From positions 1 to 64,000 of IMG/VR virus record IMGVR_UViG_3300025425_000009: a stretch of DNA of 64,000 nt. One strand, written 5' to 3'. Shown in pieces: positions 45,426 through 55,912 of the stretch; position 1 is the stretch's first letter; the number at the start of each line of letters is the position of its first letter. The notes under the pieces are model-generated. The model ran no database searches. It was not told where the DNA came from and saw only the letters and a list, made by a program, of their open reading frames with translations. The translations under genes and the position numbers were made by a program. The DNA comes from a virus.

Positions 45426-45740
45426 TTATCCGTGTGTCTTGGCTGATATGCCGACGGAGTTAAACGCTTTAGCGACAGTAGGAATAACAAGTGGCTGTAG
45501 GATCATTTTGTATGATGCTACCGCTACTGTTGCAGCAGTCAAAAATGACTGTCCGAAATCCTGCCATGAGACGAATTGAAACCCGTCTTGTATCAGAACT
45601 GCCACGACTACTGTAATAACTGCTGTACCTGCTCTTCGTGCAGAAGATGCACCAAGCGCTGGAATTAAAGCAAGAATACCTGACACCACTGCAGCTGCCA
45701 TTCCGGCTACTTCAGGGGTCAATAGAGATGGTTCAATCAT
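45426..45740 (-). CDS. holin-like membrane protein
   Basis: three hydrophobic helices in lysis cassette. Confidence 0.55.
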   Translation of the reverse strand: MIEPSLLTPEVAGMAAAVVSGILALIPALGASSARRAGTAVITVVVAVLIQDGFQFVSWQDFGQSFLTAATVAVASYKMILQPLVIPTVAKAFNSVGISAKTHG

Positions 45741-45888
45741 AACGTACTTTGTTTAAGTGAATAATAACACCCATGATTGATTATAACAAACATGAGTGAG
45801 ATTGACAACAGATGCACAATAGAGGAGCGGTAAGAAAACAAACAAACAACCACTCCTCTGCTCTGCACCCGTTGCAGGTGCTCCTGTT

Positions 45889-47745
45889 TTACTTCTTGTG
45901 CTGTCTAACCTTTGCCCATATGAAGCCGTCGTTGCTTACAACATGGTCTGTTATTGTAACAGTGTCCCCTTGATACAGCACTGAAATAGGTGAGTTAGCT
46001 AACGAAGGGTCCTGCCTAAAGTTAACGTTGGTGTCAAGTACTGCTGTGTTACCTGGCTGGAAAGATGGGTTATCTATGGTCGCAAACTGTAGACCGTCGA
46101 CTCTACCAAGTGCCATGTACCCTTCTGTTGGTTCAGACTGTGCAGGTGTGTCTTCAAATGAAAATCCAAAGTGTTCCATAATAGGAGCGATAGGTGAGAA
46201 TATAGCTATCCTATCAGATCCAGCAAATATCTGACCAACTGGTTGCCTTTTGGTGTTTACTACAAGTGAGGAAGAGTCTCCTCCTGCAGTGAAGTAACTT
46301 CCGTCATTTGCAACAAGCACCTGATTTACAAATTTTCCAGTTAGACGTTCTCCTGTAGTTTTGTCGATTCCGTAGCCGACTGAAATTGTCACACCTGTTG
46401 CAACCACCTTGGACGTTTGTGTTCCTGTGGTTCTACCTGATTTGATAACAGTGTCTCCTGTCTTTGCTACAGCAGGAGTAGGGATTATATCGCCAAGTTT
46501 GTTTTGTGTAAGTGCTTGGTACGGCACTGTAAGTTTTACAAGTGCAGTGTCAAACCTGTTTGCTGTTGCTCCATCTAAATGCAGCATCTCACCTTCGGTG
46601 CATTGGCCTATCACATCTTTTCTTTTGTCACCTCCATCTAATACGGAAGGCTGAATGATGTTGTCACCTAGCTTTGCTCCTTTCCAGTGAGGAAACGCAC
46701 AGTGTGTGTTTTGTAAAGCATAAGCATCTCCGTCTTTGAACACTATTGCTCCAAGTGTACATGCTGTTCCTTTGTGCCACACTGCAGAGGTGCCTCCTTT
46801 GACTGGTCTGTGTCTATCACCGTGCACAGCCATGCCCATTGAAGTAACGTCCCCTACAACAATTACATCTGTTCTCACTCCACGTATCTTCCTTGGTATT
46901 ACATCTTCTGCACTAAGGGCAGAGATGGTATCTTTTACGCTAACCAACACAACAATTCCGTCCTTGCCTTCACCATTTTTTGGGCCAACTCCTACACCAA
47001 CCACATTCTGTTTTGTAAGTAGTTCATCTTCCACTTGCTCCTTAACTGCTGTAGGATCTGCACCTCTGAATAAGTTGAACATAGATTTTAGTAAGTTTAT
47101 AAACATAACGAATAAGTGAGTTGTCTCAGGCTCTTCAGGTGCCGGAGTCTCTATGTCCCATTCAGGTTGGGGTATACCAAGGAGATTACATATACCATTG
47201 GCAATTCCTATGGCAGCCTTCCTGTGCCCTCCTTCAGTCTGTAGAGTAAGCCAGTCTGACTTGTTTGTCATATAACAAGTCTCAACAAGAACAGATCGTA
47301 CATTGACCTGGTTGATCCAAGCTAGACTTCCTACATATGAGAGTGATTGATCTTTCGGTCCTCTGTCTCTAATACCTAATGAACTTGCAATTTCAGATGA
47401 CATCACCTTGGCAATGTTCTTTGATATTTGACTTGAGCCATGATAAGCTTCAACTCCACTGACATCACTGTTTGAATTTGCGTTTAGATGTATGTCCACT
47501 GCAATACCGTCGTTTAAGTTCGGTGCTACTAAGTCAGCCCAAGCTATGGACTGTGAAAGTGTCAGATTGTCTGGTACAAAGTGAGGTGTCACACCTGCTA
47601 GTTCAAGCAAAGGAATGAGTTCATCTCTAATTAGCATTGCTTCGTCAGCTTCTTGGAATGTAGCGTATGTCACTACTTTACCAGGGTCGTGGTCATGATG
47701 ACCAGCATTTATAATTACAACTTTTTTTGTTTTCTTTAAATACAT
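45889..47745 (-). CDS. endolysin: Amidase_3 + trypsin-like serine protease + SH3b
   Basis: INAGH...E...DIHLNA...VLVETCYMTN; GVGVG..TDV prodomain; TLG, NTH, FDTAL, KSGRTTG, GGDSSS; VNFRQDP...WAKV. Confidence 0.85.
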   Translation of the reverse strand: MYLKKTKKVVIINAGHHDHDPGKVVTYATFQEADEAMLIRDELIPLLELAGVTPHFVPDNLTLSQSIAWADLVAPNLNDGIAVDIHLNANSNSDVSGVEAYHGSSQISKNIAKVMSSEIASSLGIRDRGPKDQSLSYVGSLAWINQVNVRSVLVETCYMTNKSDWLTLQTEGGHRKAAIGIANGICNLLGIPQPEWDIETPAPEEPETTHLFVMFINLLKSMFNLFRGADPTAVKEQVEDELLTKQNVVGVGVGPKNGEGKDGIVVLVSVKDTISALSAEDVIPRKIRGVRTDVIVVGDVTSMGMAVHGDRHRPVKGGTSAVWHKGTACTLGAIVFKDGDAYALQNTHCAFPHWKGAKLGDNIIQPSVLDGGDKRKDVIGQCTEGEMLHLDGATANRFDTALVKLTVPYQALTQNKLGDIIPTPAVAKTGDTVIKSGRTTGTQTSKVVATGVTISVGYGIDKTTGERLTGKFVNQVLVANDGSYFTAGGDSSSLVVNTKRQPVGQIFAGSDRIAIFSPIAPIMEHFGFSFEDTPAQSEPTEGYMALGRVDGLQFATIDNPSFQPGNTAVLDTNVNFRQDPSLANSPISVLYQGDTVTITDHVVSNDGFIWAKVRQHKK

Positions 47746-47754
47746 ATTGAAAAA

Positions 47755-48141
47755 TTAGTTATTAGACACTGTTCTAGGTGTTGGTGCATCGCACACTGAT
47801 GTAAACCCTGTAAGACTGCCAGTAAACACTGCATGGGTCTCTATCTGTGGGTCGCTGTGGCTACGGAAATAAAAAAGAGGTATGCCTTGTACGTTAGGTG
47901 TACCTCTTGTTGCAGCGGTGTTGGAATACACAGAAGACCCGTGGTCAGTCGTATTTCCAGCAACTACTGCTTCAGCTGATCTGTACACACTGTAAATCTG
48001 GTTGAACCCGAATGACACAACTGTCAGTATTACAAACATTGCAACAGCTGCACCAATTAGCTCAGGCAAATGAGTTGCCTTCTTAATAGATATGACAGCG
48101 TCACAGTGAAATGTTTTTATGGTGTGTTTAAGTTTCTTCAT
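47755..48141 (-). CDS. membrane protein in lysis region
   Basis: single TM helix. Confidence 0.6.
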   Translation of the reverse strand: MKKLKHTIKTFHCDAVISIKKATHLPELIGAAVAMFVILTVVSFGFNQIYSVYRSAEAVVAGNTTDHGSSVYSNTAATRGTPNVQGIPLFYFRSHSDPQIETHAVFTGSLTGFTSVCDAPTPRTVSNN

Positions 48142-48143
48142 TG

Positions 48144-48464
48144 CTATTTTCGTTTATTAAGTCTGTTAGTAAGAAACTCCAACCCTGCAAGTGATAAGGT
48201 GTTGAGTCCAGTCATTCCTAGGAACGCTCCAATCGCTGAAAATAAAATGACAGCGTCAGGGTTTTGAAAAAACAACTTCGATGCCATTCCGAACACTCCG
48301 CCTGAAAAGGTAGCAATCACAAATCTTGCAAAGTAGTCTAGTTTTGTAAACTTTGCCCCTGTGTCTTTTGCCACCTGCCATTGACTTGTGGCATGGGCAA
48401 TTGCGCCGAAGATGACTACAACTGTTACCATTATTGTGCTGTATATTTCTGGTGAGATTTTCAT
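48144..48464 (-). CDS. holin (LydA-like)
   Basis: three TM helices, GVFG/IGAFLG, basic C-terminus. Confidence 0.7.
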   Translation of the reverse strand: MKISPEIYSTIMVTVVVIFGAIAHATSQWQVAKDTGAKFTKLDYFARFVIATFSGGVFGMASKLFFQNPDAVILFSAIGAFLGMTGLNTLSLAGLEFLTNRLNKRK

Positions 48465-48590
48465 AATGTTGGGTTACCTGTACATACTTACTCCGTTCAA
48501 TCTTCTGCTGTTAATACGTTTTAGTAAATTGCTTGTTATACAAGGGTCGCTCCATTTTCTTTTTTTGGAAACACGAGAAGTGTTTTTGGT

Positions 48591-49721
48591 TTATTCATCA
48601 GCAGGTGTTAGCGCAATAGTAAATGAAGTGCTAGATTCATTACTTCCTCCTGAGTTCTGGGTAAATTCTCCAGGGTTTCTTAGTTGACCCGCAGATTCTG
48701 GATCCCATCTTGCCGATGCAAAGGTAGCAACAACAACATTCCCACCAAGCGAGTTTCTAAATATGTTGTTAGTATACCCAGAAGGGGTTGTAGAAATCAC
48801 AGCAGAATTTGTGTCATTTGAACCTGCACCAAGTGCAAAAATATACGAACCACTCAGTCCTGGTTCATCAATTTCGTTTGGGTTGATGTGATTACTATTT
48901 GTAAGTGCATTTCCAACAGTAGGCGAAGCGATAGGATTGCTCGGGTTTACCCCCCTCATAACGTAAGCAATGATTGCATAACTTCCTGTTGAAGTGACCT
49001 CAACTGAAGTATCAGGAGTTCCCCCCATTACCTTATAAAACACAGCAGAACAAGAATCACGAGTGTCGTTAGCTTCTCTCTGTTCATCTAGTTGTGTAAA
49101 GCCTGAAGTTACAAGTGAGATAGTCTGGGTTATGTCAGTCGATGATACTAATATCATAACAACATCATTTTCAATAGCTGATGTCCCAATTCCACCTGTT
49201 AGTGAAGTTAGACTAATTGTGGCGCTAGTTCCTCCTGCCTGAGAAGCTGAGCCAACAAACTTAATTGATTTGTTTATATACATATATCTTTCCCAAGAAA
49301 GAGAATAACCTCCTGCTGTTAAACGAGTTATAGTAAACGTATATACATAGTCCTTATCTAAAGTTGTAGGTTTTGCATTAACATACAGAAAGTTATCATT
49401 ATCGGTGTATGTTTCATCATTTACCATCTTTAAAGAAATTGTGATTTCTGAACCTGCTGGCATATTTAAAGGCGTAGCAATAGACACTCCATCATCCTGT
49501 GCTGTAGCTTCGTATTTTCCAAAAAGAGCAAAGTTAGGTGCAATTTCCGAAGAATAAGAAACACTTGTGCTTATGTTATATATTTGCAAAAACGCGTTTG
49601 CTATCTGTCCATTATCTTCAAGTTTAGGCACTCTCCCTTCATCATTTGCAGGTGTTGCATCACGCTCTGACTCATCTATGAAGTCTGTGGCTACAATTTG
49701 TTCTCCGTTAGTGATAGGCAT
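48591..49721 (-). CDS. tail fiber/receptor-binding protein
   Basis: end of tail module; DEGRVPKLE N-terminus; S/T/G-rich beta C-terminal domain. Confidence 0.65.
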   Translation of the reverse strand: MPITNGEQIVATDFIDESERDATPANDEGRVPKLEDNGQIANAFLQIYNISTSVSYSSEIAPNFALFGKYEATAQDDGVSIATPLNMPAGSEITISLKMVNDETYTDNDNFLYVNAKPTTLDKDYVYTFTITRLTAGGYSLSWERYMYINKSIKFVGSASQAGGTSATISLTSLTGGIGTSAIENDVVMILVSSTDITQTISLVTSGFTQLDEQREANDTRDSCSAVFYKVMGGTPDTSVEVTSTGSYAIIAYVMRGVNPSNPIASPTVGNALTNSNHINPNEIDEPGLSGSYIFALGAGSNDTNSAVISTTPSGYTNNIFRNSLGGNVVVATFASARWDPESAGQLRNPGEFTQNSGGSNESSTSFTIALTPADE

Positions 49722-49725
49722 AATA

Positions 49726-50220
49726 TTATTGTTTACTGATTACATACTCGATAGTGGTGTTCTCATTTGTTCCTTTGGTATAGACACTACCAAATAGTGC
49801 CCTGCTAAATATTTGGCCGGTTCCAAGGCCAGATCCTCCATTCATGAATGTTCCTACCTCGTAGTAGTCATCATCTGCTAAGTCTCCTGTAGCAAAGAAA
49901 AATCTCAAGGTAAGTGCTGAGCCTGACACAACTCCTGTGACCTTTGCTGAACGTGCAACTCCTGCGCCAAGATCTGTATCAGAAACAGCAGGTGCTGTGT
50001 CGTCAGTTCCGATATCCAAGTGTGAGATATTCAAAGGATACGTACTGACATTATTGAGATGATCTATAATTACGTTAAACCCGGTGTCTGTTCCATTCAT
50101 TACCAGATTCTTCTGGTAAGGAGTAGTTGAAATGACCTCACCTGTTACAGAGCTGGTTTTGATAAGACGGAACTTACCTTTTAGTCCCAGTGTATCCTTT
50201 TGTTGAGTATTGCTTTTCAT
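49726..50220 (-). CDS. tail tip/baseplate structural protein
   Basis: LKGKFRL...NLVMNG...IGTDDTAPAVSDTDL...EVGTF; start at ATG 50220. Confidence 0.7.
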   Translation of the reverse strand: MKSNTQQKDTLGLKGKFRLIKTSSVTGEVISTTPYQKNLVMNGTDTGFNVIIDHLNNVSTYPLNISHLDIGTDDTAPAVSDTDLGAGVARSAKVTGVVSGSALTLRFFFATGDLADDDYYEVGTFMNGGSGLGTGQIFSRALFGSVYTKGTNENTTIEYVISKQ

Positions 50221-50239
50221 ATTGTTTATTATATAACAC

Positions 50240-51652
50240 TTAAGCCCATGCAGTGAAGCCCCAGACTGCATCTGCGTCCCCATAGTCGTAAGGACCAGTG
50301 GTAAATGAGCCAGTCGGTGCCACGTCAACAAGAGCAAACTCATCTTTGAGTTGTCTGATCCGTTCTATGAACTCATCTTGCTCAATTCTAATCTGATCAC
50401 TTGGGTTTGTAACAAGAAGTCTTGCAAGAATATCACCTATGCCTATGTCCTGGGCAGTAACACAACTTACTGTGTTAGTAAGCTCATCTGTGTCAGGAGT
50501 TCTAAGAACACTTGCTATACGTTGGATCTTGTATGACTGGTTCATATTTCTGATGTCAGATTGTATGTTGATGGTGTCACCTGTCACAAGGCCACTCCTG
50601 TAAGTGACAAAGTCAGCAGTCTTCTCTGGGTCAGAGTACTGTGCCAACTCCACATCTGCACGAAGTCCTGCAGTTGACAAGTCCTTGATGTTTACGTCAA
50701 CAACTACACTTTGAAATAATCCGTGGGTTCCTACACTCTCCTCATTTCGCTTTTGCACAATCAACGGATACTGAGGGTACTCTGTCACTGTAATATTTGC
50801 AGTTCCACTCGCAGGAACGGAAGCAAAGTTTAGTGACTTCTCATTATAGTTCCAGTAACAATCAGACCCTTCAGGATCAATATTTTCAATCCCTACAGTC
50901 TGTGTTACTCCTCCAAGAACAACCACAGGCTTATTTGCAAACTTAGTAGCAAGAGGAAAAACATCTTTTGTTGCATCCCCTGAAAGATACTCAATTCTTA
51001 GCACTGTACTGGTAAGCAGTCCTCCTCGAACAATTACCTCGTTTCTTAACTGATGGGTGTCTTCTCTTAACAGCAAGGAGTCAATCACATAGTTGTTTGA
51101 CGTGTCACTGAGGTCAAACACACTACTGACAGTACCGACCCTAAGGAAGTGCACGTCTTTGTCGTAATCCACATACCAGTCATACCCTGACACAAGCTCT
51201 GTAAGCTTCTGTATACACCTTGACACAGTAAGATAGTTGAAAGACACTGAGTCAATAACCTCTGGTGCACTAACGTTTGCAACTGTGAATCCTGATGTGA
51301 ACGTTGATATCAAGTCAGCAATGATGTCCTCCACAGAAGTAACTGTGTATGTTTTTGACACCAGCTGTCTATCAAGAGAATACGAGTAGTCCTTACATGT
51401 ACATCTTACGTATTCAAGTTGCCCTTGCATCTCTTCTTCTATTTCAACTATGAATCCACCGAACTCTTTAGTACTCCCTACAGTAAGAACAACTTCAGAA
51501 CCTGCCACAGGTTTGTATGACTGACCTTCAAATACTTGTACAAGAAAGGAAAGTGTATCCGTTGCCTTGGTAAGAACCTGTTCACGCCGCAAAGACCGCC
51601 AATCCACAAGACTGCTTTTGTTTGATCCTGCAATTGTAAGGGTAGTTGCCAT
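50240..51652 (-). CDS. tail hub/minor tail protein
   Basis: immediately after tape measure; FGGFI, WYVDYDKDVHF, NEVIVRGG. Confidence 0.75.
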   Translation of the reverse strand: MATTLTIAGSNKSSLVDWRSLRREQVLTKATDTLSFLVQVFEGQSYKPVAGSEVVLTVGSTKEFGGFIVEIEEEMQGQLEYVRCTCKDYSYSLDRQLVSKTYTVTSVEDIIADLISTFTSGFTVANVSAPEVIDSVSFNYLTVSRCIQKLTELVSGYDWYVDYDKDVHFLRVGTVSSVFDLSDTSNNYVIDSLLLREDTHQLRNEVIVRGGLLTSTVLRIEYLSGDATKDVFPLATKFANKPVVVLGGVTQTVGIENIDPEGSDCYWNYNEKSLNFASVPASGTANITVTEYPQYPLIVQKRNEESVGTHGLFQSVVVDVNIKDLSTAGLRADVELAQYSDPEKTADFVTYRSGLVTGDTINIQSDIRNMNQSYKIQRIASVLRTPDTDELTNTVSCVTAQDIGIGDILARLLVTNPSDQIRIEQDEFIERIRQLKDEFALVDVAPTGSFTTGPYDYGDADAVWGFTAWA

Positions 51653-51653
51653 G

Positions 51654-54074
51654 CTAGATTCTTGCGTTACGTTTAAAGTTTTGTATTATCTGATCTCCAA
51701 TCTTTTCTGCCACATTGTTATCTAGGTATGTGCCTCCGTTCATGTTGATTATCACCTGCCTGGTTCCTCCGATCTGGTCGTTAGCAGTGATCTGCCCTGA
51801 AGAAGATGGACTGAACAGTTCAGGTCCTTGTTCTCCTACAAGGTATGTGCTACCTCTTGAAACAGGCCCTCCTGCTGCTCTTGCACCATCTATGCCAAAT
51901 CGAGAGGATCTAGAAGACCCACCACTGCGTATATTAGAAAGAGTGGAGTTTATATCCCTAACGTAGTCTACATACATCTGACGTGACTCTTGTTGCCAGT
52001 TGTGAAGGCCAGACTTTTCAGCTGCTAGCCTATCCCTGAATGCTTCCCCTTTCTTGGCTTCAGCCTGCAACTTGGCAAGTGTTTCAGAGTCTGTTAGTGC
52101 TAGCACCTGGTTATGCTCTTCATGAAGGTTTTTCATCTTAGTAAGACGTTCCACTTGTTCAGTAAGATATTCAGTCTTGATCAAGTTTAACTTTGTCTTG
52201 TGATCTTGTGCCATCTGCTCAATCTCATTCAGTCTAAGGTACCTACGTCGCTCTGCCACCTCGTCTTCAATGTTAAGTTCAAGATCCTTGTATGATTCGA
52301 TTAGCTCTTTCTGTTCATCGAGTTGATTTTCCAGTTTCCGCACCTCAGCTCCGCTGTCATCATCCTTTCTGGCTTTTCTTATCTCACTCTCAAGTTCTTT
52401 CTGCTTGTTTAAAGCAGCAGCAACCTTGTTAACCACACCTCCTTCGAAGCTGGCTTGCTCTTCACCTACACTTTTCTGGAAATCAGCTGTTGCTTCAGAA
52501 ATCTCGTTGTAAGCATCTTTGATTTCCCCTCTGATCTCTTTAACTGAGTCTACTAGAGTGTTAAAGTATTCATCCACTTCATCTGCGTTATCCTTAGCAG
52601 CTACAGCAGTGCCTGCCAGTGATGTGTTAATCTCGTCTGTTGCACTAGCCATTGCACTTGCACTGTCCTCAGCAGATGTTCCTATTTTACTTGCCTCGTA
52701 AGCAATTTCACCGATCTCATCCTTTGCCTCGTTCTTCATTGTATCAAACGCCTCTATCGTAGAGTCCGCTATTACATTAGCCATGCCTGGTATTTTTTCA
52801 AACAGTGCGTCAAGTCCTATCAGCACTCCTTGTATTGCAGAGAAAAACGCTATCTTAATTTGTTTCCATACTACAACAAACGCTTTACCGAACCCTCCTA
52901 CAACATCCTTGAGTTCTACAAACTTAACGATTAGGAATGTTGCAGCTACAATGAGTGCCCCTATTCCTGTTGCCATGATTGCTCCTCGCACAGTCCTAAG
53001 TGATACCACAAACGCCTTTGTTGCGGCTGACTGTCTGAGTGTTGCTGCAGTCATTGCATTCTTAACTGTCGTGAAGCTTTTAGTAACAGACACGTTTAGG
53101 AGCATTATCTTCTTAAGGCCGGTTAAGGCTTTACTAAAGTACCCAACGGACAGTATGATATTAGGAAGGATAAAACTCAATGGAAGCAGTACTGCCAGCA
53201 TTGCTGTTAACGCAAGACTAGCAAGACCAATTACTGCAGTGAGTCTTGGGTTTTCCTTGATCCATTGACTAATGTTAAGGATGATTGGCACCATTATGTT
53301 AAGGACACTTTCAAGGATCGGTACAAACACAGTTCCTAGGTTTTCACCTAGCTCCTTCATTCGTGCAAGCAGCTCTCTTTGCTTGTTAGCTGCTCCTTCT
53401 GATGTCCTAGCATAATCGCCTATAGCATTCTTAGATTGTGAGAATGCAATTTCCAACGTGGCAATGGCTTTCTTTTCTCGTTCTGTTTCATTTATGAATC
53501 TACCAGCAACTTCCAATGCCTTTACCTTTGCCTTAACATCTTCTTCAAGTATGGCAATTCCCAGCATTTTAATCGAGTCTCGTTCACCAAGCAACGCCTT
53601 TGTCAACGCTATACTGGCTCGTTCAGCACCTCCTTCGATGTTGGTGAATGATGCAAGGTCAACCGCAAGCTTGTTGGTTTTTTCAGCAAGATCTAGTGCA
53701 GAGGCTCCACTAAGACCGAACCCAGTAAGCATATCACCAGTTGATGATAGCAAATCCTTAGCACTAGATTCTGCCATACCAAAGTTATTTCTAAGATCCT
53801 GTGCCACACTCTCAGCCTGGTCACTAACATCTCCGAATACAACATCAAACTTGTTAAAGGTTTCTTGGGCATCAACCGCAGATTGAGTGGCTTTATACAG
53901 ACCAACACCTATGGCACCGAATGCCACAGCGCCAACAACACCGGCTGTTCGCATAGCCCGTGTGGTTGCTTCCATCTTCTTTTGTGTTGTTTCAATGTCA
54001 CCGTAGATTGCCTTGAAACCTTTTTCTGTCTTGTTGACGAGATCAACAATTAGATTTAGTCTTTTGTCTGCCAT
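51654..54074 (-). CDS. tape measure protein
   Basis: long helical A-rich protein; LAVDLASF; RAAGGPV...VGEQGPELF C-terminus. Confidence 0.9.
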   Translation of the reverse strand: MADKRLNLIVDLVNKTEKGFKAIYGDIETTQKKMEATTRAMRTAGVVGAVAFGAIGVGLYKATQSAVDAQETFNKFDVVFGDVSDQAESVAQDLRNNFGMAESSAKDLLSSTGDMLTGFGLSGASALDLAEKTNKLAVDLASFTNIEGGAERASIALTKALLGERDSIKMLGIAILEEDVKAKVKALEVAGRFINETEREKKAIATLEIAFSQSKNAIGDYARTSEGAANKQRELLARMKELGENLGTVFVPILESVLNIMVPIILNISQWIKENPRLTAVIGLASLALTAMLAVLLPLSFILPNIILSVGYFSKALTGLKKIMLLNVSVTKSFTTVKNAMTAATLRQSAATKAFVVSLRTVRGAIMATGIGALIVAATFLIVKFVELKDVVGGFGKAFVVVWKQIKIAFFSAIQGVLIGLDALFEKIPGMANVIADSTIEAFDTMKNEAKDEIGEIAYEASKIGTSAEDSASAMASATDEINTSLAGTAVAAKDNADEVDEYFNTLVDSVKEIRGEIKDAYNEISEATADFQKSVGEEQASFEGGVVNKVAAALNKQKELESEIRKARKDDDSGAEVRKLENQLDEQKELIESYKDLELNIEDEVAERRRYLRLNEIEQMAQDHKTKLNLIKTEYLTEQVERLTKMKNLHEEHNQVLALTDSETLAKLQAEAKKGEAFRDRLAAEKSGLHNWQQESRQMYVDYVRDINSTLSNIRSGGSSRSSRFGIDGARAAGGPVSRGSTYLVGEQGPELFSPSSSGQITANDQIGGTRQVIINMNGGTYLDNNVAEKIGDQIIQNFKRNARI

Positions 54075-54082
54075 ATGTTATG

Positions 54083-54255
54083 TTAGCTACGCTGTTGTTG
54101 CGATCTCTTCCAAGCCTTGACTTTTTCCTTTTGCTCCTGAACCAGATATGCATGCACAGCTTCTGTAAAGAAAGTAGGCTGGCCTATATAATCATAATAA
54201 GTCCAACCCATTTCTCTACATATCACAATTACATCTGTGTTATCTAATTTTTTTT
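54083..54255 (-). CDS. tail assembly chaperone gpT-like segment (-1 frameshift extension)
   Basis: -1 frame after the A9 run reads KKLDNTDVIVICREMGWTYYDYIGQP...RS*. Confidence 0.75.
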
Positions 54256-54564
54256 TGCTAGGTCCTGAAGTTGTTCAACTATCCATTGGTAGTCGTCGTT
54301 TCTCATGTCCAGCACAAGATCAACGATCCCTTCTGTGACATCACCTACAGACAGCACCTGTTTTTCTATAAGTCTGTGTGTTGACGCCTGAATTGCTGTT
54401 ACACTTAGTCCTCCTACCTTCGCATCCTTGCCTGTTCCTTCTAGTGACATTGCCTCAAGAAGAGGAGCTTGGCAGTATTCTGATTCCCGTCCTGTTAGGT
54501 ATGTGTACACCTTTACTTTCTGCTTAGATGCAGGAGTGGTAAGTACTGTTGTTTCTCTTTCCAT
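54244..54564 (-). CDS. tail assembly chaperone gpG-like
   Basis: between tail tube and tape measure; ends AKKN at slippery A AAA AAA. Confidence 0.8.
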   Translation of the reverse strand: MERETTVLTTPASKQKVKVYTYLTGRESEYCQAPLLEAMSLEGTGKDAKVGGLSVTAIQASTHRLIEKQVLSVGDVTEGIVDLVLDMRNDDYQWIVEQLQDLAKKN

Positions 54565-54584
54565 ATGTTTGTTTTGTTAGTTGG

Positions 54585-55586
54585 TTAAGCAGCGTTGTAA
54601 TTGCCAGTATCATTGATGATAGTAACACTGATTGCTGATGCTTCTGTATCATCGTAGTGTGCGTTGAAGTCTATTGACTCAGTTACTATGTCATCTATAG
54701 GTCGATCTGGAGAGTATCCGTCAAACGACACTTTAGGTAGGTCAATCACGATTCTTGGCTTTAGTGCTGATGTACCAATTACTGATAGATCAGATCGAAC
54801 CATGTCAATCCGCATTGCCTTGTATGTACCTGCCTTAAATAGGTCGTAGTAGTCAGCAGGATCATTGAAGTCTGCAGTAAACGAACCAGAGATTTCACTG
54901 ATCAAAGTAAAGATGTCTGCAGGTGTTTTACTACCAATACATTGTTTATCTCTAGCTGAGTTTGACACTGTTAATGCCAGTTCGTTAATACATACTCCTG
55001 TTGCAGCGTCTAGATCTCCGACTTCTGCAGCAAACTTAACAGTTACGTCATGATTCCTGAACAGAAAATCTTCATCAGCGTCAAATGCTGGTGTGTAGTC
55101 TGACTCCTCTGTTTCCACAGTAGCCATGAATGATGCTGTAGCGTTAACCACATCATCAAGAGGTGTTCTGATTTCAAGTGAGTTAACTACGCCAAGTGCG
55201 TAAGAATAGTCTTGGTTACCTTTTTGTGATAGTCCAAGTGTAAGTGATGGATTTTGTGGTCCAGTAGTCTGCCTTGTAAATACGTGAGTAGTTGCAGCAT
55301 CTGCAGTTGTTGATGAAACTGTACCTAGAAGACTCTTTAGGATGTAACCTATTGATGTGCTTCTAAGGTTGAACTCTAGATCACCTTCTGCAAATGTTTT
55401 TACAATTTCAGAGCCTTGGCTTGAAATACCTGATCCTCGAGTTTCACGGATTAGTGTTTTTTCTACCACCGTTGTAATACCTGTTGGTGTTCTTGCAGGA
55501 ATCCACGATTGTGGAGCCACCTTCGTTCCTCGGGTTCCCTCAACACCGAGTCCTAATTGTACTTGTTCTCCCATTACGTATGCCAT
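54585..55586 (-). CDS. major tail tube protein
   Basis: GLGVEGTRGT, EGDLEF, PSLTL; position in tail module. Confidence 0.85.
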   Translation of the reverse strand: MAYVMGEQVQLGLGVEGTRGTKVAPQSWIPARTPTGITTVVEKTLIRETRGSGISSQGSEIVKTFAEGDLEFNLRSTSIGYILKSLLGTVSSTTADAATTHVFTRQTTGPQNPSLTLGLSQKGNQDYSYALGVVNSLEIRTPLDDVVNATASFMATVETEESDYTPAFDADEDFLFRNHDVTVKFAAEVGDLDAATGVCINELALTVSNSARDKQCIGSKTPADIFTLISEISGSFTADFNDPADYYDLFKAGTYKAMRIDMVRSDLSVIGTSALKPRIVIDLPKVSFDGYSPDRPIDDIVTESIDFNAHYDDTEASAISVTIINDTGNYNAA

Positions 55587-55588
55587 AA

Positions 55589-55801
55589 TTAAGATTTGTT
55601 AGATTTTGATTGATAATCCTTGAGTTTCTGTGTAGCTTCTTCAAGTGTGTCCGCAACAAAATTAAGACCATCAGCAGGAAAGAAGAATCTTCGTCCGGTT
55701 GCCTTTGTTGGTGTAGTTGTTGGGACGTCTTTAGTTTTCAGTGAATCTGAACTTTTGAAGTCTGTGTTTCCGATTTGCTTATTGTTATATTTGTCTTGCA
55801 T
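55589..55801 (-). CDS. hypothetical protein
   Basis: FFFP...ADTLEEA motif; TATAAT-like element upstream. Confidence 0.6.
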   Translation of the reverse strand: MQDKYNNKQIGNTDFKSSDSLKTKDVPTTTPTKATGRRFFFPADGLNFVADTLEEATQKLKDYQSKSNKS

Positions 55802-55912
55802 AATTGAGTTGTTATCAAAAAAAGGCGACCCCGCATTAGTGTTTGCGGAGAAGCCCTCATTTAAGCGGTCACCACTTTTAATATGTTAATTATAACATAC
55901 TGGTGCACTCTG

